Shown piece after piece: positions 20,429 through 28,557 of a stretch of 64,000 nucleotides of DNA. The position numbers were made by a program, and so were the translations under genes. The stretch is from Escherichia phage SF: the sequence record MH359124. One strand, given 5' to 3'. Below the pieces are notes generated by a model. That model saw nothing but the letters and a program-made list of their open reading frames with translations, was not told the DNA's origin and did no database searches. Within the stretch, counting starts at the first letter, position 1, and each line of letters opens with the position of its first letter.

Positions 20429-20626
20429 ATGTCTCGTGAATTAGATTGTGCTGTACGTACTGCAGTAGCTGCCCTGGAAAACCTGTTCCAAATTGCAACA
20501 GAAGAACGCGAAGAAGTTACATTATGGATTGAAGATAACGCAGGTCTGAATCTCCAGGACGCGATCTCATTATCCCACAATAGTATCACTGTTCAAGGCT
20601 GGGTATCGTCTAGTTATTCTTGCTAA
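20429..20626 (+). CDS. small protein, tandem paralog C (C-terminus QGWVSSSYSC)
   Basis: 65 aa. Confidence 0.55.
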   Translation: MSRELDCAVRTAVAALENLFQIATEEREEVTLWIEDNAGLNLQDAISLSHNSITVQGWVSSSYSC

Positions 20627-20628
20627 AA

Positions 20629-20672
20629 CAGTTTACAACAAGATAGGGCTATGTTATAGTAGTCCTATCAAA
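20629..20672 (+). promoter_or_regulatory. PeSL-like promoter (GTTTAC; TATAGT inside GATAGGGCTA / TAGTCCTATC)
   Basis: caGTTTACaacaaGATAGGGCTAtgtTATAGTAGTCCTATCaaa. Confidence 0.6.
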
Positions 20673-20688
20673 TTAAATGGAGTCCACA

Positions 20689-20928
20689 ATGATTTATTAC
20701 GAAAGTATTGGAACCGAAGTGGTTGCTAAAACCATTACTCGTGAAAAGTTTGCAAAGATATTCGATATGCGTTATAAAAAATCTGAACACAAAGGCATTC
20801 GATTCGAAGATGCGCACTGTACAATTTGCCCTTATAATGAAGACATAAATGGTACAATCGTTCCATTGGTAGAGGCTTCACATGATGACCTCTGGGATGA
20901 ATATAATATCGCATGTCGCGAAATTTAA
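20689..20928 (+). CDS. hypothetical protein
   Basis: ATG after GGAG; MIYYESIGTEVVAK. Confidence 0.5.
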   Translation: MIYYESIGTEVVAKTITREKFAKIFDMRYKKSEHKGIRFEDAHCTICPYNEDINGTIVPLVEASHDDLWDEYNIACREI

Positions 20929-20953
20929 GTAATCTAAATTCGAGGAAATTATT

Positions 20954-21910
20954 ATGATGTTAGTTATTGGTTCTCGTGCACTTCACTATCATGGACTTAT
21001 TGATTCTAATGCTATCAAAAATAGTGACTGGGACTTTATTGCAGACCAAGGTTCTTGGAATGCATTCAAAAATCAAATGATGGGTGTATATGTTCATCAA
21101 GATAACCCTGATGTCCAAGTTTTCAAATGCTTCCATAATGGACGCGAAACTCATTTTGAAGCATATATTGTTCCGGCAATCACTAATGTCCGTGAATTAG
21201 TCGGTGAACTCACTCCTGAAGATTTCACATCTTCTTACGACCTTTTAAAATACGCCAAGAAAAATTTGACCAAAGACCGTTTGAACGGGTTTTACTGGGC
21301 AACTCCTGAGATATGTCTTGCAATTAAGATGTCTCATCGTTTCAAGAAAAATAATCCATTCTTTTTAAAGACTATGAACCATATTCAGTATCTTCGTGGT
21401 AAAGGTGTTACACTGAACGACGAACTTACTGAAATTATGCTGAAACGCCAGAAAGAAACCTTGAACTATGCTCACCCAGTTCTTGACACTTCTAAAAGTG
21501 CGTTCTTTAAAGATGACATCTATACATATGACCATGATACTATTCATGAAGCCATTGCACTAACAGACCGCCCGGCTTATACATTTTACATGAAAGATGG
21601 TTCTGAAGTCATGACCTCACGCGAGAAGTTTGAATCATTACCAGAAATGGTAAAATTGGCTGGTGTATACGAAGAATCATGTGTACTAGCATTAGAACGT
21701 TCTCAGATTCCTAACGACTTTAAAATTAACCCTGAAGCCAGTTTTATGATGGCATTGGAAAAAGTCTGTACAAGCATCACCTCTGGTTGGTTCCGTGAGT
21801 ATGCCTGGGAAAACTATAGCAAAGTAGTAAGTATGTACCAAAGCTTAGGACATGATGATTACGTCAAACGTTTCAAACAAAATTTCCATATGGTAAAACC
21901 TTTCAAATAA
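20954..21910 (+). CDS. hypothetical protein, possible nucleotidyltransferase-fold N-terminus
   Basis: 318 aa; N-terminal LVIGSRALHYHG...SDWDF loosely resembles GS...DxD NTase motif. Confidence 0.55.
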   Translation: MMLVIGSRALHYHGLIDSNAIKNSDWDFIADQGSWNAFKNQMMGVYVHQDNPDVQVFKCFHNGRETHFEAYIVPAITNVRELVGELTPEDFTSSYDLLKYAKKNLTKDRLNGFYWATPEICLAIKMSHRFKKNNPFFLKTMNHIQYLRGKGVTLNDELTEIMLKRQKETLNYAHPVLDTSKSAFFKDDIYTYDHDTIHEAIALTDRPAYTFYMKDGSEVMTSREKFESLPEMVKLAGVYEESCVLALERSQIPNDFKINPEASFMMALEKVCTSITSGWFREYAWENYSKVVSMYQSLGHDDYVKRFKQNFHMVKPFK

Positions 21911-21920
21911 CTTCACAAAA

Positions 21921-21966
21921 CTGTTTACATAATTATAGGGACTATGTTATAGTAGTCCTATTAAAA
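21921..21966 (+). promoter_or_regulatory. PeSL-like promoter (GTTTAC; TATAGT inside ATAGGGACTA / TAGTCCTAT)
   Basis: ctGTTTACataattATAGGGACTAtgtTATAGTAGTCCTATtaaaac. Confidence 0.6.
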
Positions 21967-21981
21967 CATGAGGAGAATATT

Positions 21982-22287
21982 ATGAAATTAACAGAAACCA
22001 ATCGAATCGGTCTTTTAACAATATTTGCATCACCTTTTTACGCAGCTCTTTCTGTTGCAGTATTACAAAAGGCCTACGATATGGATGGAGTTACTGGTTT
22101 TGTATTCTTATCGCCGTTTTTGCTATTCGTTGGAGCATTGTTATTATACGCCACGACTAGTTTCGACCATAATGTCTGGGTCAATTATAAATGTAAATTG
22201 TCTGAAGAAGAACACGCAGAAGCTCGTAAAAAAGCTATTGAATCTACCAATCTAGAAAATTTCATTAAAGAATGTCGAGGAAAATAA
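21982..22287 (+). CDS. membrane protein with C-terminal ENFIKECRGK tail
   Basis: 101 aa; 2 hydrophobic helices. Confidence 0.55.
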   Translation: MKLTETNRIGLLTIFASPFYAALSVAVLQKAYDMDGVTGFVFLSPFLLFVGALLLYATTSFDHNVWVNYKCKLSEEEHAEARKKAIESTNLENFIKECRGK

Positions 22288-22288
22288 T

Positions 22289-22975
22289 ATGAATAGTTCT
22301 AAAGTGTTTAATAGTCAAGCTCGTGCAGTAGGTGGTTTTGCTCATGCGATTAAAAACGAGCAGATTAAAAACGAGCCTATGTTCTTTAACTGCGATTTGA
22401 ATTTTGCTTTTGATAATGGCGGTCCAATTACTCGTAGCTTTATCCAAAATCTTCCTGACGATTGGAAAGACTCGGATGTAGTATTTGATTCACGAGTCCA
22501 CATGCTGATGCCTGGTTGGTATCCTGCTATTCCTGGATATCACCATGATGATGTTCCTCGCCCTGATATTCCAGTTGGTCAACACTTTATTACTGCAGGA
22601 CAACCTGATTATGACAATCCTCGCTATTTGTCTGAACATATTCTTGGTCTTGTTAACGCTGATGTGTGTCCTACTCATTTTGCAACAGGAGCTGCAGAGT
22701 TCAGTCAGATTCCTGATGGCGAACTTATCTATCGCCAGTGGCACAAAGAAGTCCTCGAAAAAATTGAAAAAGGCGAACTAGAGAAATGGGAAGCTCCAGA
22801 TCGTACTCTTCTTCAGTTTGATTGGCAAACATGGCACACTGGTTCTCGTGCAATTAGTAATGGATGGCGTTGGTTCGGACGTGTATCTCGTAATACAGGC
22901 CGAGTTAAAAAGATTACCAATGAAATTCGTGTCAATGCTCAAGTTTATCTGGAATTCCCTATGGAAGGCTGGTAA
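22289..22975 (+). CDS. hypothetical protein, possible metal-dependent oxygenase-like (HHDD ... H ... R)
   Basis: 228 aa; YHHDD then CPTHF about 57 aa later then Arg; assignment speculative. Confidence 0.5.
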   Translation: MNSSKVFNSQARAVGGFAHAIKNEQIKNEPMFFNCDLNFAFDNGGPITRSFIQNLPDDWKDSDVVFDSRVHMLMPGWYPAIPGYHHDDVPRPDIPVGQHFITAGQPDYDNPRYLSEHILGLVNADVCPTHFATGAAEFSQIPDGELIYRQWHKEVLEKIEKGELEKWEAPDRTLLQFDWQTWHTGSRAISNGWRWFGRVSRNTGRVKKITNEIRVNAQVYLEFPMEGW

Positions 22976-23466
22976 TGATACATAAAATTCACTGGACAAA
23001 CATGGACGATGGCGACGAAGGTATTTCATATTATTCTATAGATTGGACAGGATGTCCATCCTACTTAGTGAAACATATTTGCCAAGAATTTAAAATCGAC
23101 CAGCCAGCAGGTATTATCGTGAACAGATACATTAATGGATATCAACCTATCGATGAAGTAATACGAACAACTCAAGCTGAGCTTGAAAGGTTTTTCAATA
23201 AGTGTCAATGGATAACAGGATGGATTATATTTGTACCGTCTATATGGTTTTTCAGTACTAAGGTGAGTTCTTTCGGTTTTGTTGATATTATTGCTATCTT
23301 ATTAGCATCTAGTATCATAAGTGTTGTTGGTGGCATCATTGGCGGCGGTACCGCCGCCATCATTATTAATCTTATTAAAAGTAGTTTACAAGAACATAAA
23401 GACAAGATAAAGGCCAAGAATAATGAAGTTGAACGTTTTATTACCGAATGCAGGAATTTGAGATGA
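22975..23466 (+). CDS. membrane protein with C-terminal ERFITECRNLR tail
   Basis: 163 aa; C-terminal hydrophobic and Gly-rich segment. Confidence 0.55.
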   Translation: MIHKIHWTNMDDGDEGISYYSIDWTGCPSYLVKHICQEFKIDQPAGIIVNRYINGYQPIDEVIRTTQAELERFFNKCQWITGWIIFVPSIWFFSTKVSSFGFVDIIAILLASSIISVVGGIIGGGTAAIIINLIKSSLQEHKDKIKAKNNEVERFITECRNLR

Positions 23467-23699
23467 GTATAGCAATTTACATTAAATCAGAATCATGTGA
23501 TTCTTATCTGTACACATACGATAAAGATGTGTCAGAAGAAAAAATCAAAGACGACCTTAATATGGACCTTGATTTGTTCCGTCCTATTTCAGATTACAAA
23601 CTAGCATTCTCCGATAGCGAGCGTCCTGATAAAGAAACTCGCATTGAAGAATTTATGTCCGAATTAATGGCCAAATCATGGGACCGAGATGATGAGTAA
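23463..23699 (+). CDS. hypothetical protein
   Basis: ATGA overlap start MSIAIYIKSES; start could also be 23448. Confidence 0.5.
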   Translation: MSIAIYIKSESCDSYLYTYDKDVSEEKIKDDLNMDLDLFRPISDYKLAFSDSERPDKETRIEEFMSELMAKSWDRDDE

Positions 23700-24147
23700 G
23701 AAAAATAAAGTGAAAGAACTATCAGCCGGTATTATTTTCATGACAAAAGATAAAGAGTTATTCATGGGCCGTGTGACTGGTTCTCGTCCTAAAGGTTCTT
23801 TAACTCATCGGTGGGATATTCCTAAAGGCCGTGTCGAACCTGGCGAATCTCCTATTGAAGCCGCTATTCGTGAATGCGAAGAAGAAACTGGGTTTACACA
23901 ATATGACCCTGCCTTCCTGAAAGACCTAGGTGAACATCATTACTCAGACAATAAGAATATTCATCTGTTCCTATATACCATCCCTGTAGAGCACGAGCAA
24001 TTCAGAAACAGTGTTTGTAATTCCTATCATACATTCCCAGACGGACGACAGATTCCTGAATTTGATGCATTCGCTTTAATTAAACCTTCTCAATGGGAAT
24101 ATGTAATGGGCAAATCATTATATAAGGTGCTCACTACCCTCCTATAA
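23689..24147 (+). CDS. nudE: Nudix hydrolase (NudE-like)
   Basis: Nudix box GRVEPGESPIEAAIRECEEETGF; immediately upstream of lysozyme gene as T4 nudE (e.1). Confidence 0.85.
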   Translation: MMSKKNKVKELSAGIIFMTKDKELFMGRVTGSRPKGSLTHRWDIPKGRVEPGESPIEAAIRECEEETGFTQYDPAFLKDLGEHHYSDNKNIHLFLYTIPVEHEQFRNSVCNSYHTFPDGRQIPEFDAFALIKPSQWEYVMGKSLYKVLTTLL

Positions 24148-24155
24148 GTAATAAA

Positions 24156-24179
24156 TACCTCCTATAAACGTGGGAGGTA
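24156..24179 (+). promoter_or_regulatory. RBS-sequestering hairpin with late-promoter-like TATAAACG in loop, upstream of gene e
   Basis: TACCTCC-tataaacgtg-GGAGGTA; right arm is the lysozyme Shine-Dalgarno; mirrors T4 gene e early/late translational control. Confidence 0.5.
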
Positions 24180-24181
24180 TT

Positions 24182-24670
24182 ATGAATATATTTGAAATGC
24201 TTCGTAATGACGAAGGTCTTAGACTGACTTTATACAAAGACACTGAAGGCTTTTGGACGATTGGCATAGGCCATTTAGTAGCAAAGAACCCATCTTTAGC
24301 CGTAGCTAAAGCTGAACTTGACAGAATGATCGGACGTAAATGCGACGGTACAATTACCCTTGATGAGGCTGAAAAGCTATTTAATGAAGACGTTGATAAA
24401 GCTGTTCGCGGAATCTTGGGTAATGCTAAACTTAAACCGGTATATGATTCTTTAGATGCAGTTCGTCGATGTGCGTTGGTCAATATGGTCTTCCAAATGG
24501 GTGTAGCAGGCGTCGCTGGTTTTACTAATTCTCTTCGTATGCTTCAACAGAAACGTTGGGACGAAGCGGCAGTAAATCTAGCCCAATCTAAATGGTATCG
24601 TCAGACACCTAATCGCGCGAAACGCGTAATCTCAACATTTAAAACAGGAACTTGGAAAGCGTATATATGA
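24182..24670 (+). CDS. e: endolysin (T4 lysozyme, gene e)
   Basis: [32 protein letters not shown]...; near-identical to T4 lysozyme over full length (162 aa). Confidence 0.97.
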   Translation: MNIFEMLRNDEGLRLTLYKDTEGFWTIGIGHLVAKNPSLAVAKAELDRMIGRKCDGTITLDEAEKLFNEDVDKAVRGILGNAKLKPVYDSLDAVRRCALVNMVFQMGVAGVAGFTNSLRMLQQKRWDEAAVNLAQSKWYRQTPNRAKRVISTFKTGTWKAYI

Positions 24671-24948
24671 AAACATATAGTGAATTTTTATCAGAATCTA
24701 TTCTTAACGAAGCTACTGACACCTTTGCAACTAAGCTAGGTGCAGCTTTGGTTGAAGCCGAAAGTCTATTAGCACGTATTTCTGAACTTGCTAGTAAGAT
24801 AGATACTCGCAAATTTGAACGTACAAGCGATATCGTTAAGCTTGAAGCCTTGTTGCGTATGTGCGATAAACCGGAAGAAATCGCCAAGAACGGTTCGCTG
24901 ATGAAACAACGTCTTGAAAAATATATTTCAGGCGCTTCAGAAAAATAG
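24667..24948 (+). CDS. internal-protein-like protein ([13 protein letters not shown])
   Basis: ATG overlaps lysozyme stop (ATATGA); adjacent to e like T4 ipIII/ipII. Confidence 0.6.
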   Translation: MKTYSEFLSESILNEATDTFATKLGAALVEAESLLARISELASKIDTRKFERTSDIVKLEALLRMCDKPEEIAKNGSLMKQRLEKYISGASEK

Positions 24949-25004
24949 TGTTTACTTCCTCCAAGGGTTTTGATACTATACATTCATCAACTACTTGGAG
25001 GAAA
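24947..25004 (+). promoter_or_regulatory. early promoter (GTTTAC, TACTAT) with arms TTCCTCCAAG / CTTGGAGGAA pairing upstream region to the denV RBS
   Basis: gtGTTTACTTCCTCCAAGggttttgaTACTATacattcatcaactaCTTGGAGGAAattATG. Confidence 0.5.
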
Positions 25005-25006
25005 TT

Positions 25007-25420
25007 ATGACTCGTATCAATTTAACACTTGTTTCTGAACTGACCGACCAACATCTTATGGCTGAGTATCGTGAATTACCACGCGTATTTGGTGCAGTCC
25101 GTAAACATGTTCAAAACGGTAAACGTGTAAAGGATTTTAAAATCTCTCCAACATTTATCTTAGGCACAGGTCACGTAACATTCTTTTACGACAAACTCGA
25201 ATTTTTACGTTTACGTCAAATCGAGCTAATCGCTGAATGCTTGAAACGTGGTTTCAAAATCAAGGACACAACTGTCCAGGATATTTCCGACATCCCTGCC
25301 GAATTTCGTAATAATTATATCCCGACTGAAGCGTCCATTGCGATAAGTCAAGCACGCTTAGACGAAAAAATTGCCCAACGTCCTACTTGGTACAAATACT
25401 ATGGTAAATCAATTTACTAA
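25007..25420 (+). CDS. denV: endonuclease V, pyrimidine dimer DNA glycosylase (DenV)
   Basis: [35 protein letters not shown]...; matches T4 DenV (137 aa). Confidence 0.95.
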   Translation: MTRINLTLVSELTDQHLMAEYRELPRVFGAVRKHVQNGKRVKDFKISPTFILGTGHVTFFYDKLEFLRLRQIELIAECLKRGFKIKDTTVQDISDIPAEFRNNYIPTEASIAISQARLDEKIAQRPTWYKYYGKSIY

Positions 25421-25449
25421 GGAAAAAGGTGGCGATGGTAAAGCTTAAA

Positions 25450-25500
25450 CAGTTTACGCTTAAGTATTAATATGGTATAATTACTCTATCAAAACAAACA
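25450..25500 (+). promoter_or_regulatory. early promoter (GTTTAC -35, TATAAT -10)
   Basis: caGTTTACgcttaagtattaatatggTATAATtactctatcaaaacaa. Confidence 0.55.
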
Positions 25501-25511
25501 AGGAAACAAAA

Positions 25512-25814
25512 ATGAAAACATATCAAGAATTTATTACCGAAGCGCGAGTGAGTGCAGGTAAATTAGAAGCCGCTATAAATAAAAAGGCCCATTCATTTCA
25601 CGATTTGTCCGATAAAGACCGTAAGAAACTTGTAAGCCTTTATATTGACAAAGAGCGTATTCTCGCTCTTCCTGGCGCTAATGAAGGTAAACAGGCCAAG
25701 CCTTTGAATGCTGTCGAAAAGAAAATTGATAACTTTGCTTCTAAATTCGGTATGTCTATGGATGACCTTCAGCAAGCGGCTATCGAAGCAGCTAAAGTAA
25801 TTAAAGGTAAATAA
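25512..25814 (+). CDS. ipII: internal protein II-like (CTS MKTYQEFITEA)
   Basis: 100 aa; N-terminal CTS; resembles recalled T4 IPII; next to denV as in T4. Confidence 0.65.
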   Translation: MKTYQEFITEARVSAGKLEAAINKKAHSFHDLSDKDRKKLVSLYIDKERILALPGANEGKQAKPLNAVEKKIDNFASKFGMSMDDLQQAAIEAAKVIKGK

Positions 25815-25868
25815 CAGTTTACTTTCTCCTAGAATTGTGATAGTATATTCATAATTACTTGGAGAGGT
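25814..25868 (+). promoter_or_regulatory. PeSL-like early promoter (GTTTAC; TAGTAT) with CTCC/GGAG arms
   Basis: caGTTTACtttctcctagaattgtgaTAGTATattcataattacttGGAGAGG. Confidence 0.45.
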
Positions 25869-25986
25869 AAAATGACTCAATGAAAAAATTTTAATGAAGC
25901 CACACTGGTATAAGTATTAAGGCAAAAATATTTACATTCAAATAACATGGGAACAAGCTGGACCTCATGATTCTATGAGGGATTCC

Positions 25987-26085
25987 CGCCAACCTGTAAT
26001 AAGGTCGAGCCCAAGTGCGGTAATGGGTAATACAGAAATGGACAATTCGCGTGCCATGGAATGGCACAAACCTAGAGAGAACAAA
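25987..26085 (+). repeat. about 100 nt repeated leader element, copy A (upstream of CTS gene 26086)
   Basis: CCAACCTGTAATAAGGTCGAGCCCAAGTGCGGTAATGGGT...CGTGCCATGGAATGGCAC...AGAGAACAAAATG; second copy at 26485. Confidence 0.6.
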
Positions 26086-26415
26086 ATGAAAACATATCAA
26101 GAGTTTATCACTGAAGTTACATTATCTGCGGAACAGAAAGCTGCTATCGAAGAAGGTAAAAATCCCAAAGTAACATATAAAGTAAATAGTAAAGGCGTTT
26201 TTGATGGCTTGGTTCAAGACCCTGAATTGAAAAAAGCTCTTTCTAAAACTAATGCGTACTTTGCTCCTAAATTTAACACAGCCGGTGTACTTATTGGATT
26301 GGATGTATTCAACTCTAAAGGTGTTCTATCTAATGCCTTTGGTTATGCCGCTAACAAAATTACTAAAGCCGCATGGGAATCCAATACCAAACAAGCTCAA
26401 AAGCCTAGAGTATAA
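26086..26415 (+). CDS. internal-protein-like protein (CTS MKTYQEFITEV)
   Basis: Start at internal ATG; track N-terminal extension covers the repeated leader; 109 aa. Confidence 0.65.
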   Translation: MKTYQEFITEVTLSAEQKAAIEEGKNPKVTYKVNSKGVFDGLVQDPELKKALSKTNAYFAPKFNTAGVLIGLDVFNSKGVLSNAFGYAANKITKAAWESNTKQAQKPRV

Positions 26416-26484
26416 TTCTTGCCTAATAAAGGGAAACGCAACCTCTCCTTATGAACGTCGAGTCCTCTGAGTGATGTACCTTTT

Positions 26485-26587
26485 CCAACCTGTAATAAGG
26501 TCGAGCGCAATGCGGTAATGGGTTTACATAGCGAGTCGAAGGACATAACACGTGCCACGGAATGGCCCAACCTAAAAGAGAAACTAA
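26485..26587 (+). repeat. repeated leader element, copy B (upstream of gene 26588)
   Basis: CCAACCTGTAATAAGGTCGAGCGCAATGCGGTAATGGGT...CGTGCCACGGAATGGCCC...AAGAGAAACTAAATG. Confidence 0.6.
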
Positions 26588-27127
26588 ATGAGAACATTTT
26601 TAACTGGACCTTATCTATCCCTGATGAATGCTTTTACACACCATTCTGATGCTAGAGTAGAAGAAATTTGTAAGAATGGTTATATCCCGCCATTTGAAGA
26701 CGTACTCAAGCAGTACTGTACACTTCGTTTAGACGGCGGCAGACAATCAGGTAAATCAACTGCAGTAACTAATTTTGCGGCTAATTGGCTGCACGACGGT
26801 GGAACAGTTATTGTTCTTTCTAATACTTCAGCTTATGCTAAAATTTCTGCTGGCAACATTAAAAAAGAATTTTCTCGTTATTCTAGCGATGATATTCGAT
26901 TCCGTTTATTTACTGATTCTGTCCGTAGTTTTATTGGCAATGAAGGTTCTAAATTCCGTGGATTAACGCTTTCTCGTATTCTGTATATAATTGACGAGCC
27001 TATTAAAGCTCCTGATATGGATAAGATTTACAATGTCCATATTAAATCAGTACAGCACTGCTGCAAAAGCAAATATTGCATCAGCGGTACTGCTCGTCCT
27101 CAATTTTTTGTGATTGGACTGCAATGA
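26588..27127 (+). CDS. small P-loop NTPase
   Basis: Walker A GGRQSGKST and Walker B-like LYIIDEP; 179 aa. Confidence 0.6.
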   Translation: MRTFLTGPYLSLMNAFTHHSDARVEEICKNGYIPPFEDVLKQYCTLRLDGGRQSGKSTAVTNFAANWLHDGGTVIVLSNTSAYAKISAGNIKKEFSRYSSDDIRFRLFTDSVRSFIGNEGSKFRGLTLSRILYIIDEPIKAPDMDKIYNVHIKSVQHCCKSKYCISGTARPQFFVIGLQ

Positions 27128-27432
27128 TGACCACTATTGAAGTTTTTGAGTATTGTTATAACAGCCCAGTATGCAATAAAAGGGCTCTTGTAGAAAATTA
27201 CGAGATTTACCATTTTAAACCTAAACGATACCGTTTGACTAAAGGTCCGTTCGCAGGGCAGCAGGTTCTTTGTACTGCTCCTAATGCACGGTTGATGACT
27301 AGTATTCCGCATTTCAAAATGGAATTTATTGATGGGCCATTTAAGGGATTAATCACTCAAAGTTTAATGGCGTTTAATTCCGACCCATTTTTGATTAAAG
27401 AAAAATCTTGGATAAATTTATTTTCTAATTGA
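27124..27432 (+). CDS. hypothetical protein
   Basis: ATG overlapping upstream stop; MMTTIEVFEYCYNSPVCNKR. Confidence 0.5.
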   Translation: MMTTIEVFEYCYNSPVCNKRALVENYEIYHFKPKRYRLTKGPFAGQQVLCTAPNARLMTSIPHFKMEFIDGPFKGLITQSLMAFNSDPFLIKEKSWINLFSN

Positions 27433-27438
27433 GGTTAT

Positions 27439-27801
27439 ATGAAAGCATATCAAATTCTTGAAGGTGCACATAAAGGCACTATTTATTTTGAAGACGGTAC
27501 TCAAGCCCGGATTATCGTCTCTAAGACTTTTAAAGAAGACGCTATTGTAGACCCGGAAATTTTCTACGGTTTGAATGCCCGTGAAATTGAAATTGAACAT
27601 CAACCTAAAGTTAAAATTGAAGGTGGTCAACACCTGAACGTTAACGTTCTGCGTCGTGAAACTTTGGAAGATGCAGTTAAGCATCCAGAAAAATATCCGC
27701 AGCTGACCATCCGTGTATCCGGTTATGCAGTTCGCTTTAACTCTCTGACTCCGGAACAGCAGCGCGACGTTATCGCTCGTACCTTTACTGAGAGTCTATA
27801 A
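27439..27801 (+). CDS. grcA: autonomous glycyl radical cofactor (GrcA/YfiD-like; T4 Y06I-type)
   Basis: C-terminal RVSGYAVRF glycyl radical motif; C-terminal 60 aa appear identical to E. coli GrcA as recalled; E. coli-like codons in 3' half. Confidence 0.85.
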   Translation: MKAYQILEGAHKGTIYFEDGTQARIIVSKTFKEDAIVDPEIFYGLNAREIEIEHQPKVKIEGGQHLNVNVLRRETLEDAVKHPEKYPQLTIRVSGYAVRFNSLTPEQQRDVIARTFTESL

Positions 27802-28025
27802 TGGCTAAATTGATTATAGAAGGGTCTGAAGATGTTTTAAAATGTTTTGCCGCCTGGTTTAGTTGCTCAGGCGAGCAATCATTCATTGAAGCATTTAGAA
27901 CGTGTGATATTACTGGAAAATATCCGTCAACCGATATCACCGTACGCGGATATGGTATTAATGAGCCTATCCAATTGGTCGAATATGACCTTGCCACAGA
28001 TGAGGAAATTCCTTATGTCGATTGA
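27801..28025 (+). CDS. hypothetical protein
   Basis: 74 aa ORF starting at grcA stop. Confidence 0.5.
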   Translation: MAKLIIEGSEDVLKCFAAWFSCSGEQSFIEAFRTCDITGKYPSTDITVRGYGINEPIQLVEYDLATDEEIPYVD

Positions 28026-28281
28026 AGACATCAAAGGCTACAAGCCGCATACCGATGATAAAATCAGTAAAGTGAACGCTATTAAAGATGCAGAAGTCCG
28101 TCTTGGATTGTTGTTTGATGCTCTGATTGAAGAAGCATATATCTTGAAAGAAAATGAAACAGAGCAACAAACCAAAGAAGATATGGATGCAGTGCAGGCT
28201 CTTAAGTATGCTAAGCAACATCTAAAAGAGGCCAGCATGTGGGCATGTCGTGCAGTATTTCGACCTGAGGAAAAATACTAA
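28015..28281 (+). CDS. hypothetical protein
   Basis: Internal ATG start MSIEDIKGYKPHTDDK. Confidence 0.5.
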   Translation: MSIEDIKGYKPHTDDKISKVNAIKDAEVRLGLLFDALIEEAYILKENETEQQTKEDMDAVQALKYAKQHLKEASMWACRAVFRPEEKY

Positions 28282-28496
28282 TGGCTTCTACTATTACCGG
28301 GTTATTAGACTTTCAAGAAAAGGTCAACAAAATTTGTAGTGAATACTTAAAGTATCTTGAAGAAGACCTTGAAGATTGTAAGGAAGAAGGCGAAGAAGAC
28401 TATGCTGACCAGCGTAGTCGCCAAATCGAAGAGATGAGGCATTTCGCCGATATGGTATCTAAAGAATCTTGGGCTTTAACTCCATTTTATCAATAA
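28281..28496 (+). CDS. hypothetical acidic protein
   Basis: 71 aa. Confidence 0.5.
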   Translation: MASTITGLLDFQEKVNKICSEYLKYLEEDLEDCKEEGEEDYADQRSRQIEEMRHFADMVSKESWALTPFYQ

Positions 28497-28498
28497 AG

Positions 28499-28552
28499 TT
28501 GTTTACTTCTCCTCTAGATGTGTTACTATAGACCTGTCAACTAGAGGAGAAA
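28499..28552 (+). promoter_or_regulatory. PeSL-like early promoter with SD-containing stem (TCTCCTCTAG / CTAGAGGAGA, TACTAT -10 in loop)
   Basis: GTTTACTTCTCCTCTAGatgtgtTACTATagacctgtcaaCTAGAGGAGAaatcaaaATG. Confidence 0.6.
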
Positions 28553-28557
28553 TCAAA

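Noticed and set aside
25975-26085. N-terminal extension of ORF 25975-26415
   Set aside because: The extension covers the repeated leader element; the CTS motif MKTYQEFI begins at the internal ATG 26086.
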